Positions 1 through 10,043 of a DNA stretch of 64,000 bases are shown here, in pieces. A model generated the notes under the pieces. The model saw nothing but the letters and a program-made list of their open reading frames with translations. It did not search any database and was not told where the DNA came from. A program made the position numbers and the translations under genes. Positions within the stretch are counted from its first letter, which is position 1, and each line of letters opens with the position of its first letter. Source of the stretch: an uncultured Candidatus Rokubacteria bacterium (GTDB lineage: Bacteria > Methylomirabilota > Methylomirabilia > Rokubacteriales > DASRDR01); the NCBI GenBank assembly GCA_963708025.1, contig CAVPSB010000025.1, positions 352,001-416,000 of the forward strand, read 5' to 3'.

Positions 1-1330
1 GCCGCTCGCCGTCCGCTCCCATCAGCTCGATGACGGCGGGCAGGTTGAGCCGGCGCAGCTTGGTCCAGGTTCCGGTCCGCGCGCGGCAGTCGAGTCCCGC
101 GAGCCGGCCGCTCTCACAACCCGACCCGACCGTCGAGCCCGGTAGCTCCCCCGGATGCCACCGGGCGTACAGGGCGGCCAGAGCCGAGGCCTGGTCGCTC
201 GGGAGCGAGCGGTCGCCGAGGAGATCGGCCAGCCTGGTCGCGGGCGCCGCGGGCGCCGCTGAGCCGGCGCCGGGCTCGATGCCGGCGGCCGCGGTTGGCG
301 CGGACCCGGTGGGCGGTGCGCTCCTCTCCGGAGCCGACGTCACGCTGCCGGGCGGCGCCGCCGGGGATCGACTCACTGCCGCCATGGCGGCGCGCCCGAG
401 CCGCTCGAGCGCGCCGGGAGGCGGGAAGAGCCAGAGGCCGCCGATGACCGCCGCCGCGATGGCCGGCGCCGCGATCCACCACCAGGCGCGCATCGACCGG
501 GACCCGCGCCCCAGCACCTCGCGGGCGGCCCGGCGCGCCATGGCGGCGTCCACCCGATCCGTGTCGTTCGCATAGGCCCCGAGCAGGGCGCGGTCGCAGA
601 CGACGTTGATCAACCGCGGCACCCCGCCGGACAGGCGATGGATCTGCCGCATCGCCGGGGCGCTGAAGATGGCCTCGGTCGGCTGCAGCAGGTCGGGTCG
701 CCCCGCCACCTCGATGCGGTGGCGGATGTAGGCGCCCGTCTCGGGCTCCGACAGCGGCAGCAGATGATAGCGGGCCGTGATCCGCTGAGCCACCGGGCGG
801 GCCTCGGGCCCGTCGAGCAGCGGGATCAGCTCGGACTGGCCGATCAGGATGATCTGGAGAAGCTTGGTGGTCGCCGTCTCCAGGTTGGTCAGCAGGCGGA
901 TCTGCTCCAGGACCTGGAGGCTCAGGTTCTGGGCTTCGTCGACGACGAGGACGGTGCGCCGCCCGCGCGCGTGGGCATCCAGCAGGTGTCGATACAGGGC
1001 GTCAACCAGGACCTTCGGGCTGGCGGTCTCCGGCGGGTAGGGGATGCGCAGCTCGTCGCACATCGTCGCCAGCAGCTCGACCGCGGTGACCGTGGGGTTC
1101 AGGACGAGCGCGACGTCAACGTCGGGCGGAAGCTGCTCGATCAGGGTCCGACAGAGGGTCGTCTTGCCGGTGCCGACCTCGCCGGTGAGCTGGACGAACC
1201 CGCCGCCTTCGCCGATGCCGTAGAGCAGGTGGGCGAGCGCTTCCCGGTGGCGGTCGCCCAGATAGACGTAGCGCGGATCCGGCGTGATGGAGAAGGGCGG
1301 CTCTTTCAGGCCGAAGTAGGAGGCGTACAC
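1..1330 (-). CDS. exeA: ExeA/GspA-family AAA ATPase (3' end runs off the window)
   Basis: Manual translation from GTG 1330: MYASYFGLKEPPFSITPDPRY..HREALAHLLYGIGEGGGFVQLTGEVGTGKTT (Walker A), VVDEAQNL (Walker B), GGVPRLINVVCDRALL, then a TM segment. No stop before position 1, so it is absent from the ORF track. Confidence 0.9.
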   Translation of the reverse strand, partial: MYASYFGLKEPPFSITPDPRYVYLGDRHREALAHLLYGIGEGGGFVQLTGEVGTGKTTLCRTLIEQLPPDVDVALVLNPTVTAVELLATMCDELRIPYPPETASPKVLVDALYRHLLDAHARGRRTVLVVDEAQNLSLQVLEQIRLLTNLETATTKLLQIILIGQSELIPLLDGPEARPVAQRITARYHLLPLSEPETGAYIRHRIEVAGRPDLLQPTEAIFSAPAMRQIHRLSGGVPRLINVVCDRALLGAYANDTDRVDAAMARRAAREVLGRGSRSMRAWWWIAAPAIAAAVIGGLWLFPPPGALERLGRAAMAAVSRSPAAPPGSVTSAPERSAPPTGSAPTAAAGIEPGAGSAAPAAPATRLADLLGDRSLPSDQASALAALYARWHPGELPGSTVGSGCESGRLAGLDCRARTGTWTKLRRLNLPAVIELMGADGER

Positions 1331-1491
1331 GGCGCCCTCAGGGATCGCGAACGGATCGCCGGGTGGTCGGACTCACGCCCGGTCACGAGCGTCCGGACCG
1401 AACGACACCCCGGTCGAGCCCCGGCCGAGCGGAGACGGAGTTCGGCCCACCGCATCGGGCCCAGGGTAGCGAGGACTCTCCCGCGCGTCAA

Positions 1492-1517
1492 GGAAACCGA
1501 AGGCGGAAACCGAAGGC
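1492..1517. repeat. Tandem 13-bp direct repeat (GGAAACCGAAGGC x2), intergenic
   Basis: Two exact adjacent copies at 1492-1504 and 1505-1517. Confidence 0.8.
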
Positions 1518-1554
1518 GGCCGGGGCGCCGAGCCCCGGCCGCTCGTCGGAGCGA

Positions 1555-1968
1555 TCAGAGGGATCGCCGGTGCCGGGTGGGCTCGATCTGGCTCAGCTTC
1601 TCGCGCTGCTCGGGGGTCAGGATCTGGGAAACGCCCCGCATCGTCTTCACGCGGAGCTGGACCGTCTGGCCGAGGAGCTGCTGAACCTCGGCGGTTCTCG
1701 CCTCGATGTCGCGGTCGTCGCCGTGGGCGAAGATCGCCTCCCGGAGGGACCGTCGGGCCTCGCGGAGCGAGGTGTGGAGCTGGACGCGCTGCGCCCGCTG
1801 CGCCGTGTGAAGCTGGTGGATCGCCTGGACTTGCTCGTCGCTGAGACCCAGGTCGGCCTGGAGCCGAGCGAGCGACGCGCGTCGCGAGTAGGCGGCGTCA
1901 GCCGGCGCCAGGGCGAATCCGAGGATCATCGGAATGGCCAGCATGCCCACGAGGAGTGACTTGACCAT
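1555..1968 (-). CDS. Spy/CpxP-family periplasmic protein
   Basis: Signal peptide, LGLSDEQ and C-terminal ILTPEQR (LTxxQ) motifs; SD AGGAGG upstream of ATG 1968. Confidence 0.8.
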   Translation of the reverse strand: MVKSLLVGMLAIPMILGFALAPADAAYSRRASLARLQADLGLSDEQVQAIHQLHTAQRAQRVQLHTSLREARRSLREAIFAHGDDRDIEARTAEVQQLLGQTVQLRVKTMRGVSQILTPEQREKLSQIEPTRHRRSL

Positions 1969-2153
1969 GAGCACCTCCTGATCGAGTGGGATCACTGATG
2001 CTGGCCTCTTGGACGGTGGAGCGCCCCCGTCCATTTCCCGGGTATGAGCAGGGCGCGCACGGCCGGGAGGATGGCACGGCCCGCCCCTTGACGCCCCGCG
2101 GGCGCTATCTTAGGGTGGCGCCGTCGCCGCTATGACGCGGTAGGGAGGATGCG

Positions 2154-2567
2154 ATGGCAGACAGGATCCGACGCGTGTCGTACTTCTACATCATGGCCCC
2201 CGACAAGCCGGGGGAGGGCGCCCGGGCGCTCGAGACGCTGCGGGACGCCGGGGTGAACCTGCTGGCGTTCTCGGGGTTCCCCCAGGGGCGGCGCTCGCAG
2301 CTCGACTTCGTCCCCGAGGACCCGGCCGCCTTCCGGGCGGCGGCCAGGAAGGCGAGATGGAAGGTCACCGGGCCGAAGGTGGCGTTCGTCGTCGAGGGAG
2401 AGGACCGTCCGGGCGCGGCGGCCGAGATCCTCGGCAAGCTGGCCGCGGCCAAGGTGAACGTGACCGCCACCGATGCCGTCTGCGCGGGGGCCGGCCGGTT
2501 CGGGGTGCTGTTCTGGGTGAAGCCCCGCGACGTCAACAAGGCGGCGAAGGCCCTGGGTGCCGAATAG
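2154..2567 (+). CDS. ACT-domain protein (two ACT repeats)
   Basis: PDKPGEGARALETLRDAGVNL and EDRPGAAAEILGKLAAAKVNV ACT signatures; GGAGG SD. Confidence 0.85.
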   Translation: MADRIRRVSYFYIMAPDKPGEGARALETLRDAGVNLLAFSGFPQGRRSQLDFVPEDPAAFRAAARKARWKVTGPKVAFVVEGEDRPGAAAEILGKLAAAKVNVTATDAVCAGAGRFGVLFWVKPRDVNKAAKALGAE

Positions 2568-2667
2568 GCGCTCTCACATGGGACGCCCCGCGGAATAGCC
2601 CCGGAAGGGCTGGCGTCGAAGGGGGGTGAACGAAAGGACTGCAGGTTCCAGCCAAAAGGAGGACCCC

Positions 2668-3069
2668 ATGAAGCGGATCGTGGCTGCGATGGTGCTGGTC
2701 GGTCTGGTCGTCGCGCTCGTTGCCACCCCCACCCCGGCGCTCGCCTGGCGAGGTTATCGTGGCGGCCACGGCGGCCATGGTGGCCACGGCGGCCACGGCG
2801 GCGGCAACTTCGTCGGAGCCCTGGCGATCGGCGCCCTGACGGGGGTGATCGTCGGCGGCATCCTGGCCTCCCGCCCGGCGGTCGTGTACGAGTCCGCGCC
2901 GGTCTACGTGGCCTCGCCCCAGCCGGTGTATGTCCCGTCGGCTCCGGTGTACGCTCAGCCGGCCCCGGTGTACGTGGCCCCGCAGCCGGTGTGCTCCAGC
3001 TACTGGGTGCCGCAGCAGTACCGCGATGGGGTCTGGGTGCAGGGCCACTGGGAGCAGGTCTGCCGGTAG
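2668..3069 (+). CDS. Small secreted Gly/His-rich protein with PxYV repeats
   Basis: Signal peptide, (GGH)x4, glycine-zipper GALAIGALTGVIVGG, repeated APVYV, C-terminal WVPQ..WVQGHW; AGGAGG SD. Confidence 0.75.
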   Translation: MKRIVAAMVLVGLVVALVATPTPALAWRGYRGGHGGHGGHGGHGGGNFVGALAIGALTGVIVGGILASRPAVVYESAPVYVASPQPVYVPSAPVYAQPAPVYVAPQPVCSSYWVPQQYRDGVWVQGHWEQVCR

Positions 3070-3164
3070 CCCTCGGGAATCTCCCGGACGGCGAGCGGGC
3101 CCGGGTCACACACCCGGGCCCGCGGCGTTTTCGGGCCCCAAACTTCGAGGCGTTCGACACCGCG

Positions 3165-3173
3165 TGCTATAGT
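3165..3173 (+). promoter_or_regulatory. Candidate extended -10 promoter (TGnTATAGT), possibly a leaderless transcript
   Basis: TGCTATAGT ends 9 nt before ATG 3183, which has no clear SD. Confidence 0.35.
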
Positions 3174-3182
3174 CGAGCCGTC

Positions 3183-4193
3183 ATGACGCCGCGGCTCCCC
3201 GAGCGCCTCCGCCTCGCGTACGCGCCGACGCCGATCGAGGCGCTGCCGCGGCTCGGCGACGCCCTCGGGGTCGAGCTCTACGTCAAGCGCGACGACCTCA
3301 CCGGCTTCGCCGAGAGCGGGAACAAGGTGCGGAAGCTCGAGTTCCTGGTCCGCGAGGCGCTCGATCAGGGAGCGGACACGCTGATCACGGTCGGCGCGCT
3401 CCAGTCGAACTGCTGCCGGGCCACCGCCGCCATCGCCGCCCGGCTCGGTCTCCGCTGCGTGCTCGGCCTGCGCGGCGAGCGCCCGGCCGTCGCCGACGGA
3501 AACCTGCTGCTGGCGCGCCTCTTCGGCGCCGAGCCCGTGTTCGTGCCGCCGGACGAGGTGGACCGGCCCGACGCGCTCTTCGCCCGGCTCACCGAAATGG
3601 TGCGGCAGCGGGGCGGCCGGCCGTATGTGATCCCCGAGTCGGGGTCGAACGAGCTGGGTGTTCTCGGCTACGCCGCCGTGGTCGAAGAGCTGCAGGCCCA
3701 GATCGCCACCGGCACTCCCGCGCCGGACGCCGTCGTCATCGCCGCGTGGAGCGGGGGCAGTCTGGCCGGGCTCCACCTGGGCCAGGCGCTCTTCGGCCTC
3801 GCCGCCGAGATCTGGGGAGTGCCCGTGGCGTTCGAGGCCGAGGCGATCCGCGACTACGTGTGGAACACGGTCCGGAAGGCCGCCTCGCGGTTCGGATTCG
3901 ACGTCGGCCTCGAGCGCGACGCGATCCGGCTGCTCGACGGCTATCAGGGCTCCGGCCGCGCGGCGACGCGACTCGAAGAGCTGACGATCGTCGGCCGCGT
4001 GGCCCGCGAGGTCGGGCTCCTGCTGGAGCCGGTCTATACCGCGAAGGCCTTCCTCGCCCTCGCCGACGCTGCGCGCTCCGGCCGCCTGGGCCGCCGGGTC
4101 CTGTTCCTCCACACCGGCGGCGGCTTCGGCGTCTTTCCCTTCCGCGAGCCGATCACGCGCCTGCTGGACGGTCAGCCACCCCTCGCCGGCTGA
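3183..4193 (+). CDS. D-cysteine desulfhydrase / ACC deaminase family PLP enzyme
   Basis: YVKRDDLTG..SGNKVRKLEF, GALQSNCCR, LLEPVYTAKA and FLHTGG motifs. Confidence 0.9.
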   Translation: MTPRLPERLRLAYAPTPIEALPRLGDALGVELYVKRDDLTGFAESGNKVRKLEFLVREALDQGADTLITVGALQSNCCRATAAIAARLGLRCVLGLRGERPAVADGNLLLARLFGAEPVFVPPDEVDRPDALFARLTEMVRQRGGRPYVIPESGSNELGVLGYAAVVEELQAQIATGTPAPDAVVIAAWSGGSLAGLHLGQALFGLAAEIWGVPVAFEAEAIRDYVWNTVRKAASRFGFDVGLERDAIRLLDGYQGSGRAATRLEELTIVGRVAREVGLLLEPVYTAKAFLALADAARSGRLGRRVLFLHTGGGFGVFPFREPITRLLDGQPPLAG

Positions 4194-4244
4194 TCCGCGG
4201 CCGGTGCCCGCACTGGCGCCGGCGCACCACCCCCGGGTACGATA

Positions 4245-4336
4245 GAGACCCTGTGAAGAAATGACAGCCTCCAACTCCCCCCTCCCCCCGGTGGGTGGGG
4301 GAGGGGGGTTGGGGGGGTAGGCGGGAGGTCCCGAAC
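4245..4336 (+). repeat. G/C hairpin intergenic element, copy A
   Basis: GAGACC..GTGAAG..CCTCCAACTCCCCCCTCCCCCCGGTGGGTGGGGGAGGGGGGTTGGGGGGGTAGGCGGGAGGTCCCGAAC, directly before ATG 4341; similar copies elsewhere in the window. Confidence 0.9.
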
Positions 4337-4340
4337 AAAC

Positions 4341-5087
4341 ATGAGCTTCGCGGGTCGAGTCGGGCTGGTGACGGGCGCGGGATCGGGGATCGGCCGGGCG
4401 ACGGCCGAGCTGCTGGCCGCGCGGGGCGGCGCCGTCGTGGCCGCCGACGTGAACCGGGGGGGAGCCGAGGAAACGGTGGATCGGATCCGGAAGGCCGGGG
4501 GTCGGGCGGAGGCCTGCCATTGCGACGTGACCCAGGCGGCCCACGTCGAGGCCGCGGTCGCCCTCGCGCGTGAGCGGCTCGGGCGGCTGGACGTCCTGAT
4601 CAACTGCGCCGGCATCCTGCGGGTGGCGCCGCTCGAGGCGACGTCGGAGAAGGAATGGGGCGAGGTCCTCGCCGTCAACCTGACCGGCGCCTTTCTCCAG
4701 ACGAAGACCGCCATGGCCGCGATGCGCGAGCAGGGTGGGGGCGCCATCGTCCACATCGCGTCGCGGGCGGCGATCCGTGCCAAGGAAGGCCACGGGGCCT
4801 ACGGCGCCGCCAAGGCCGGGATCCTCCAGCTCACCCAGATGGCGGCGCTGGAGGGCGCGCCCCACGGCATCCGGGTCAACTGCGTCTGCCCCGGCTTCAT
4901 CGACACGCCGATGACCCGGGGCGCCAACGACGACGAGGCGTTCGCGGCGTGGAGCCGGGTCTGTCCCCTCGGGCGTCCGGGTCAACCGGAGGAGATCGCC
5001 CGCGCAATGCTCTTCCTGGCCTCGGACGAGGCCTCCTTCATCACGGGCGTCGCGCTGCCCGTGGACGGGGGCCGGACCGTGCTCTAG
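4341..5087 (+). CDS. SDR family oxidoreductase
   Basis: TGAGSGIG, NCAG, YGAAKAG, IRVNCVCPG. Confidence 0.93.
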   Translation: MSFAGRVGLVTGAGSGIGRATAELLAARGGAVVAADVNRGGAEETVDRIRKAGGRAEACHCDVTQAAHVEAAVALARERLGRLDVLINCAGILRVAPLEATSEKEWGEVLAVNLTGAFLQTKTAMAAMREQGGGAIVHIASRAAIRAKEGHGAYGAAKAGILQLTQMAALEGAPHGIRVNCVCPGFIDTPMTRGANDDEAFAAWSRVCPLGRPGQPEEIARAMLFLASDEASFITGVALPVDGGRTVL

Positions 5088-5096
5088 CCGGCCGCG

Positions 5097-6029
5097 TTAC
5101 GACCCGGCCCGGGACTCCAGCCGCTCGCGCGGCCCGTAGTGCTGGGCCTGGGCGACGATGTCCACCCCGACGGTCTCGCTCCAGGCCCGGAGGAGCCGGG
5201 CCACGACCGGACCGGGCCGGCCGTCGCCGATCGGACGCCGGTCCACCCGGGTGACGGGCAGGATGCAGGGGCTCGTGCTCGTGAAGAAGGCCTCGTCGGC
5301 CGTGTAGACGTCGTAGGGCTGGAAGTCTTCCTCGACGACCGGCGTGCCCAGCTCCTTCGCGAGGTCGAAGACCGTCGCGCGGGAAACGCCCTGGAGCACG
5401 CCGCGATCGCCGGCGGTGCGGATCACGCCGTTGGTGACGATGAAGAAGTTGTAGCCCACCCCTTCGGTGACGCTTCCCCGGCTGTCGGTGAGGATCGGCC
5501 AGCCCTCGGGATCCACGTCGGCGGCCTCCAGCTCGGCCATGTTGAAGTTCATCCGGCTGAAGTTCTTGACCTTGGGGTCGAGCGCGTCGGGAGAGAAGCT
5601 CCGCGTGCGGACGATGACGCCGTGGGCGCCGTCCCGGTAGAGGTGGACGAACCGCAGGAAGCCGAGCTGCCGGGTGTAGACGCCGACCGCCGGCGGCCCG
5701 GCCTTGTGGGCCCAGCGGCCCCGGCCCCTGGTCACGAACTGCCAGATCTGGTAGTCGCCGACGTCGGCGCGGAGGTGCTCGTTCCGCGAGACCACCTCCT
5801 CGCTGATCCGCTCCATCTCGTCCGGCGACAGGCCGGGATCGATCCGCACGTACTTCAGGGAGCGGTAGAGGCGATCGATGTGCTCCCGCATCCGGAAGCT
5901 CTTCCCGTTGAACGTGCGGGCGACGTCGAAGACGCAGTCACCGACCAGGAAGCCGCGGTCCAGGGGGTCGATCCGCACCTGGCTGAAGGGAACCCACTCG
6001 CCGCAGAAGTACGCCGTGTAGTCGGCCAT
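5097..6029 (-). CDS. Class IV aminotransferase (branched-chain / D-amino acid type)
   Basis: DRGFLVGDCVFD, HIDRLYRS, TEGVGYNFF, LQGVSR, ADEAFFTST. Confidence 0.9.
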   Translation of the reverse strand: MADYTAYFCGEWVPFSQVRIDPLDRGFLVGDCVFDVARTFNGKSFRMREHIDRLYRSLKYVRIDPGLSPDEMERISEEVVSRNEHLRADVGDYQIWQFVTRGRGRWAHKAGPPAVGVYTRQLGFLRFVHLYRDGAHGVIVRTRSFSPDALDPKVKNFSRMNFNMAELEAADVDPEGWPILTDSRGSVTEGVGYNFFIVTNGVIRTAGDRGVLQGVSRATVFDLAKELGTPVVEEDFQPYDVYTADEAFFTSTSPCILPVTRVDRRPIGDGRPGPVVARLLRAWSETVGVDIVAQAQHYGPRERLESRAGS

Positions 6030-6241
6030 GTCGTCTCCTCGTCGTGTCGGGCTGGTCCCTCTCGTCGGTCCGCGCGCCGATTATACGTGCCTTGGCACCC
6101 CCGAGGAAGCGCGTGGTCGCTCTCCGCCGATCCGGGGTGTCCTCGACCGGCGCCCGCGGCCGCCGGCGGCGGCCACCCCACCCGGGAGCCTCGCCCCAGT
6201 GTATGATCGATTCCTGACCGCTTCCCGGCAGGAGGGCCACC

Positions 6242-7126
<885 letters not shown>

Positions 7127-7152
7127 GACGGCGGCCCGAACCCCCGAAAGAC

Positions 7153-7590
7153 TCAGCGCAGCGCGCGCTCGATCTCGTCCAGGTGCTCGGCCCGGTGGAC
7201 GTGGCGCGTCGGGTTGAACGGCTGGCCGGCGGCGGCGAGGCCCTCGAGGATCCGGTCGGGCAGCGCCTCCAGCCGGCGATCGACCCGCTCGGCGGCCTCG
7301 GCCGCCAACGTGGCGGCGGCCCGAGGTGAGATCGCCTGACCGAGCGCCCGGACCGCCTCGTTCACCACGTCGACGTCGGCCGGTGAGGGCGTCACGCCGT
7401 CCCGCTCGAACCGGTCCATGAGGATGCTGGCGCGCAGGTCCCAGAACGCCAGGTGGACCAGGCTGTCGGCCACGGTCCAGCCGTGGCCCACCGGGCGGCG
7501 CAGGTCCGCCTCGCTCAGCCGTTCCACCAGCGCCTTCAGCCGCTCCCGCTCTTGCGCATTCTTCGCCTGAAACGTGCGATCGGTCGCCAC
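7153..7590 (-). CDS. DinB/MDMPI-like protein
   Basis: From GTG 7590 (SD AAGGAG): ..LSEADLRRPVGHGWTVADSLVHLAFWD..HRAEHLDEIERAL, with the DinB His pattern. Confidence 0.75.
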   Translation of the reverse strand: MATDRTFQAKNAQERERLKALVERLSEADLRRPVGHGWTVADSLVHLAFWDLRASILMDRFERDGVTPSPADVDVVNEAVRALGQAISPRAAATLAAEAAERVDRRLEALPDRILEGLAAAGQPFNPTRHVHRAEHLDEIERALR

Positions 7591-7650
7591 CGGCGTCTCC
7601 TTTCCGTTCCGGAGTTCCATCCAGGGTAGTGAGGGGGAGGGTCTCGCGCA

Positions 7651-8775
7651 ATGCCCCAGATCTCCGACGGCGTGATCTGCCCGGCCGAGCCGCTCGAGGC
7701 CTTCGTGGCGGGTGTGGTGCGGAAGATGGGCGCCGACGCCGAGGTCGCGGCGGAGGTCGCCCGGCACATGGTCCGCTCCAACCTCTCCGGCCACGACTCC
7801 CACGGCGTGATCCTGCTGCCGGCCTACGTGGGGCAGGCCGAGCGCGGCGAGCTGGCTCCGGCGGCCCGGCCGGTGATGCTCCGGGAGACCGAGGTGGCCG
7901 CGCTCGTCGACGCCCAGCGTGGGTTCGGCCACTTCTCGACGATGCACGCGATGGAGTGGGCGATCGCCCGCGCGCCCCGGCATGGCGTCGCCGTGGTGGC
8001 CGTCCGGCATTCGTCCCACATCGGCCGGCTCGGCGAGTACACGGAGCGCGCGGCCGCCGCCGGGCTGATCGGGATCGTCACCGTGGGCGCCGGCGGCACC
8101 GGCATTGGGGCGATGCTGCTTCACGGCAGCCGCGGGCGCTTCTACGGCACGAACCCCTGGTCGATGTCGGTGCCCGGCGTGACCCGGGCCATGGTGTACG
8201 ACGGCGCGACCTCGGTGCTGGCGGCCGGCAAGGTCAACGTCGCTCGGGCCGGCGGGACGATGCTGCCGGTCGAGTGTCTCGTCGATGCCGACGGGCGGCC
8301 GACCCGCGATCCGGCGGCGCTCTACGCTGGCGGCGCGCTCATGCCTCTCGGCGGTCCGGCCGTCGGTCACAAGGGCTCGGGTCTGGCCATGGCGTCGGCG
8401 CTCATCGGCGGTCTCGCCATGATCGACGATCCGGAGCCCTCGGCGGTCGGCGCCTCCACCGACCGGAAGGCGGGAGAGCGGCCGGGTCTCGTCGGCGGGC
8501 TGTTCGTCCAGGCCATCGATCCCGCGTGCTTCGGCGACGTCGGCCACTATCGCGCGCTGGTCGAGGAGCACCTGGCTGCCGCCAAGCGGATGCCGGTGGC
8601 GCCGGGGCACGCGGAGGTGCTCGTGCCCGGCGAGCCCGAGGCGCGCTCGCGCGAGCAGCGGAGCCGCGACGGCATCCCGCTGGCGGCCGCGACGTGGGCC
8701 GAGCTCGGCGCGGTGGCGGAGCGCTTCGGCGTGCCCCGGCCCGAGGCCCGGGCGATCCAGACCAGCACCATCTGA
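7651..8775 (+). CDS. Ldh_2 family (type 2 malate/L-lactate dehydrogenase-like) oxidoreductase
   Basis: GHDSHG, DAQRGFG, SHIGRLG, GTNP, GHKGSGL, VLVPGEPE. Confidence 0.92.
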   Translation: MPQISDGVICPAEPLEAFVAGVVRKMGADAEVAAEVARHMVRSNLSGHDSHGVILLPAYVGQAERGELAPAARPVMLRETEVAALVDAQRGFGHFSTMHAMEWAIARAPRHGVAVVAVRHSSHIGRLGEYTERAAAAGLIGIVTVGAGGTGIGAMLLHGSRGRFYGTNPWSMSVPGVTRAMVYDGATSVLAAGKVNVARAGGTMLPVECLVDADGRPTRDPAALYAGGALMPLGGPAVGHKGSGLAMASALIGGLAMIDDPEPSAVGASTDRKAGERPGLVGGLFVQAIDPACFGDVGHYRALVEEHLAAAKRMPVAPGHAEVLVPGEPEARSREQRSRDGIPLAAATWAELGAVAERFGVPRPEARAIQTSTI

Positions 8776-8812
8776 GCGCCCCGAGGCCAGCGGAGGCGAC
8801 GAAGGAGGGGCC

Positions 8813-9139
8813 GTGAGCGCGCCGGAACCCCCGCCGGGCGCGGCGGAGCGTCAGGTCACCGTGCGGGCTGCGCTCCGCGAGGCGCTGCGCGCGGGGCCGC
8901 TGACGGCGCGCGAGCTGTCGGGGCGGGTGGGCGTTCCCGAGAAGCAGGTCGCCGGGCACCTCGAGCACCTGGGACGCTCGCTGAGGGCCGCCGGGGAGCG
9001 GCTGCACGTCGAGGCCGCCCGCTGTCTCGACTGCGGGTTCGTCTTCCGCAAGCGCGACCGGCTGAGCCGGCCGTCGCGGTGCCCGGTCTGTCGCAGCGAG
9101 CACCTGGACGCGCCACGCTTCGCGATCCTCGACGCGTAG
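8813..9139 (+). CDS. HTH plus Zn-ribbon putative transcriptional regulator (COG3357-like)
   Basis: LTARELS..HLEHL helix-turn-helix; CLDCGFVF and PSRCPVCRSE. Confidence 0.8.
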   Translation: MSAPEPPPGAAERQVTVRAALREALRAGPLTARELSGRVGVPEKQVAGHLEHLGRSLRAAGERLHVEAARCLDCGFVFRKRDRLSRPSRCPVCRSEHLDAPRFAILDA

Positions 9140-9149
9140 GGCGCTTGGC

Positions 9150-10043
9150 GTGACCCGGCGCCGCCTGTCCGAGCCCTCCTTCGCGTTCCTGCTCAACGCC
9201 CCGGCCCTGCTGGCGATCCTCGCCCTCGTCGGCTACCCGATCGTCTACTCCTTCTGGCTGAGCCTGCACCGCTACAACCTGAAGCGGCCGGGCCTCTTCC
9301 GCTTCATCGGCGTCGAGAACTACCTCACGATCCTCCGGTCCGAGGAGTTCTGGGCCGCCCTCCAGGTCACGCTCGTGTTCACGGCTCTCGCGGTGGCGCT
9401 GGTGGTGGCGCTCGGCATCCTCATCGCCCTTCTCCTGAACGAGCCGTTCCCGGGCCGCGGCCTGGTGCGGACGGTCGTCCTCGTCCCGTGGGCGATCCCC
9501 CCGGTCGTCAACGGACTCATGTGGCAGTGGATCTACGACGCCAAGGTGGGGGCCCTGAACGGCCTCCTGGTGAGCCTTCACCTGATGCCCGGCTACCGGG
9601 GCTGGCTGTCCAGCCCCACCGACGCGCTGCTGGCGCTGGTGACGGCGCACGTCTGGAACGCGCTGCCGCTCGCGGTCATCCTCCTCCTGGCCGCGCTCCA
9701 GGCCATCCCGGGTGAGCTGTACGACGCCGGCCGCGTGGACGGCTCGGGGCCCTGGCAGCTCTTCCGCCACGTGACGGTCCCCTGGCTGGCCCAGCCCCTC
9801 CTGGTCGTGCTCATCCTCCAGACGATGCTCGCGATCCGCGTCTTCGACGTGATCTACGTGCTGACGGCCGGCGGTCCGGGCACCGCGACGACCACGCTCG
9901 TCTGGCTGACGTACCTGACCACCTTCGACAGCCTTGACTTCGGGCTGGGCAACGCCTATGCGTATACCGTCAGCCTGATCACCCTCGGGCTGGCCCTGGT
10001 CTACTTCCACCTGCTCTACCGACGGGGAGAATTCGAGGCATGA
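9150..10043 (+). CDS. Carbohydrate ABC transporter permease (MalF-like)
   Basis: Six TM segments; LQAIPGELYDAGRVDG EAA loop; FDVIYVLTAGGPG. Confidence 0.92.
   Translation: MTRRRLSEPSFAFLLNAPALLAILALVGYPIVYSFWLSLHRYNLKRPGLFRFIGVENYLTILRSEEFWAALQVTLVFTALAVALVVALGILIALLLNEPFPGRGLVRTVVLVPWAIPPVVNGLMWQWIYDAKVGALNGLLVSLHLMPGYRGWLSSPTDALLALVTAHVWNALPLAVILLLAALQAIPGELYDAGRVDGSGPWQLFRHVTVPWLAQPLLVVLILQTMLAIRVFDVIYVLTAGGPGTATTTLVWLTYLTTFDSLDFGLGNAYAYTVSLITLGLALVYFHLLYRRGEFEA

Noticed and set aside
638-1684. Long plus-strand ORF, and similar long ORFs such as 3000-4985, 18899-21337, 29648-32401 and 38167-43572
   Set aside because: Antisense or alternate-frame shadows of recognisable genes; these are expected at this GC content.
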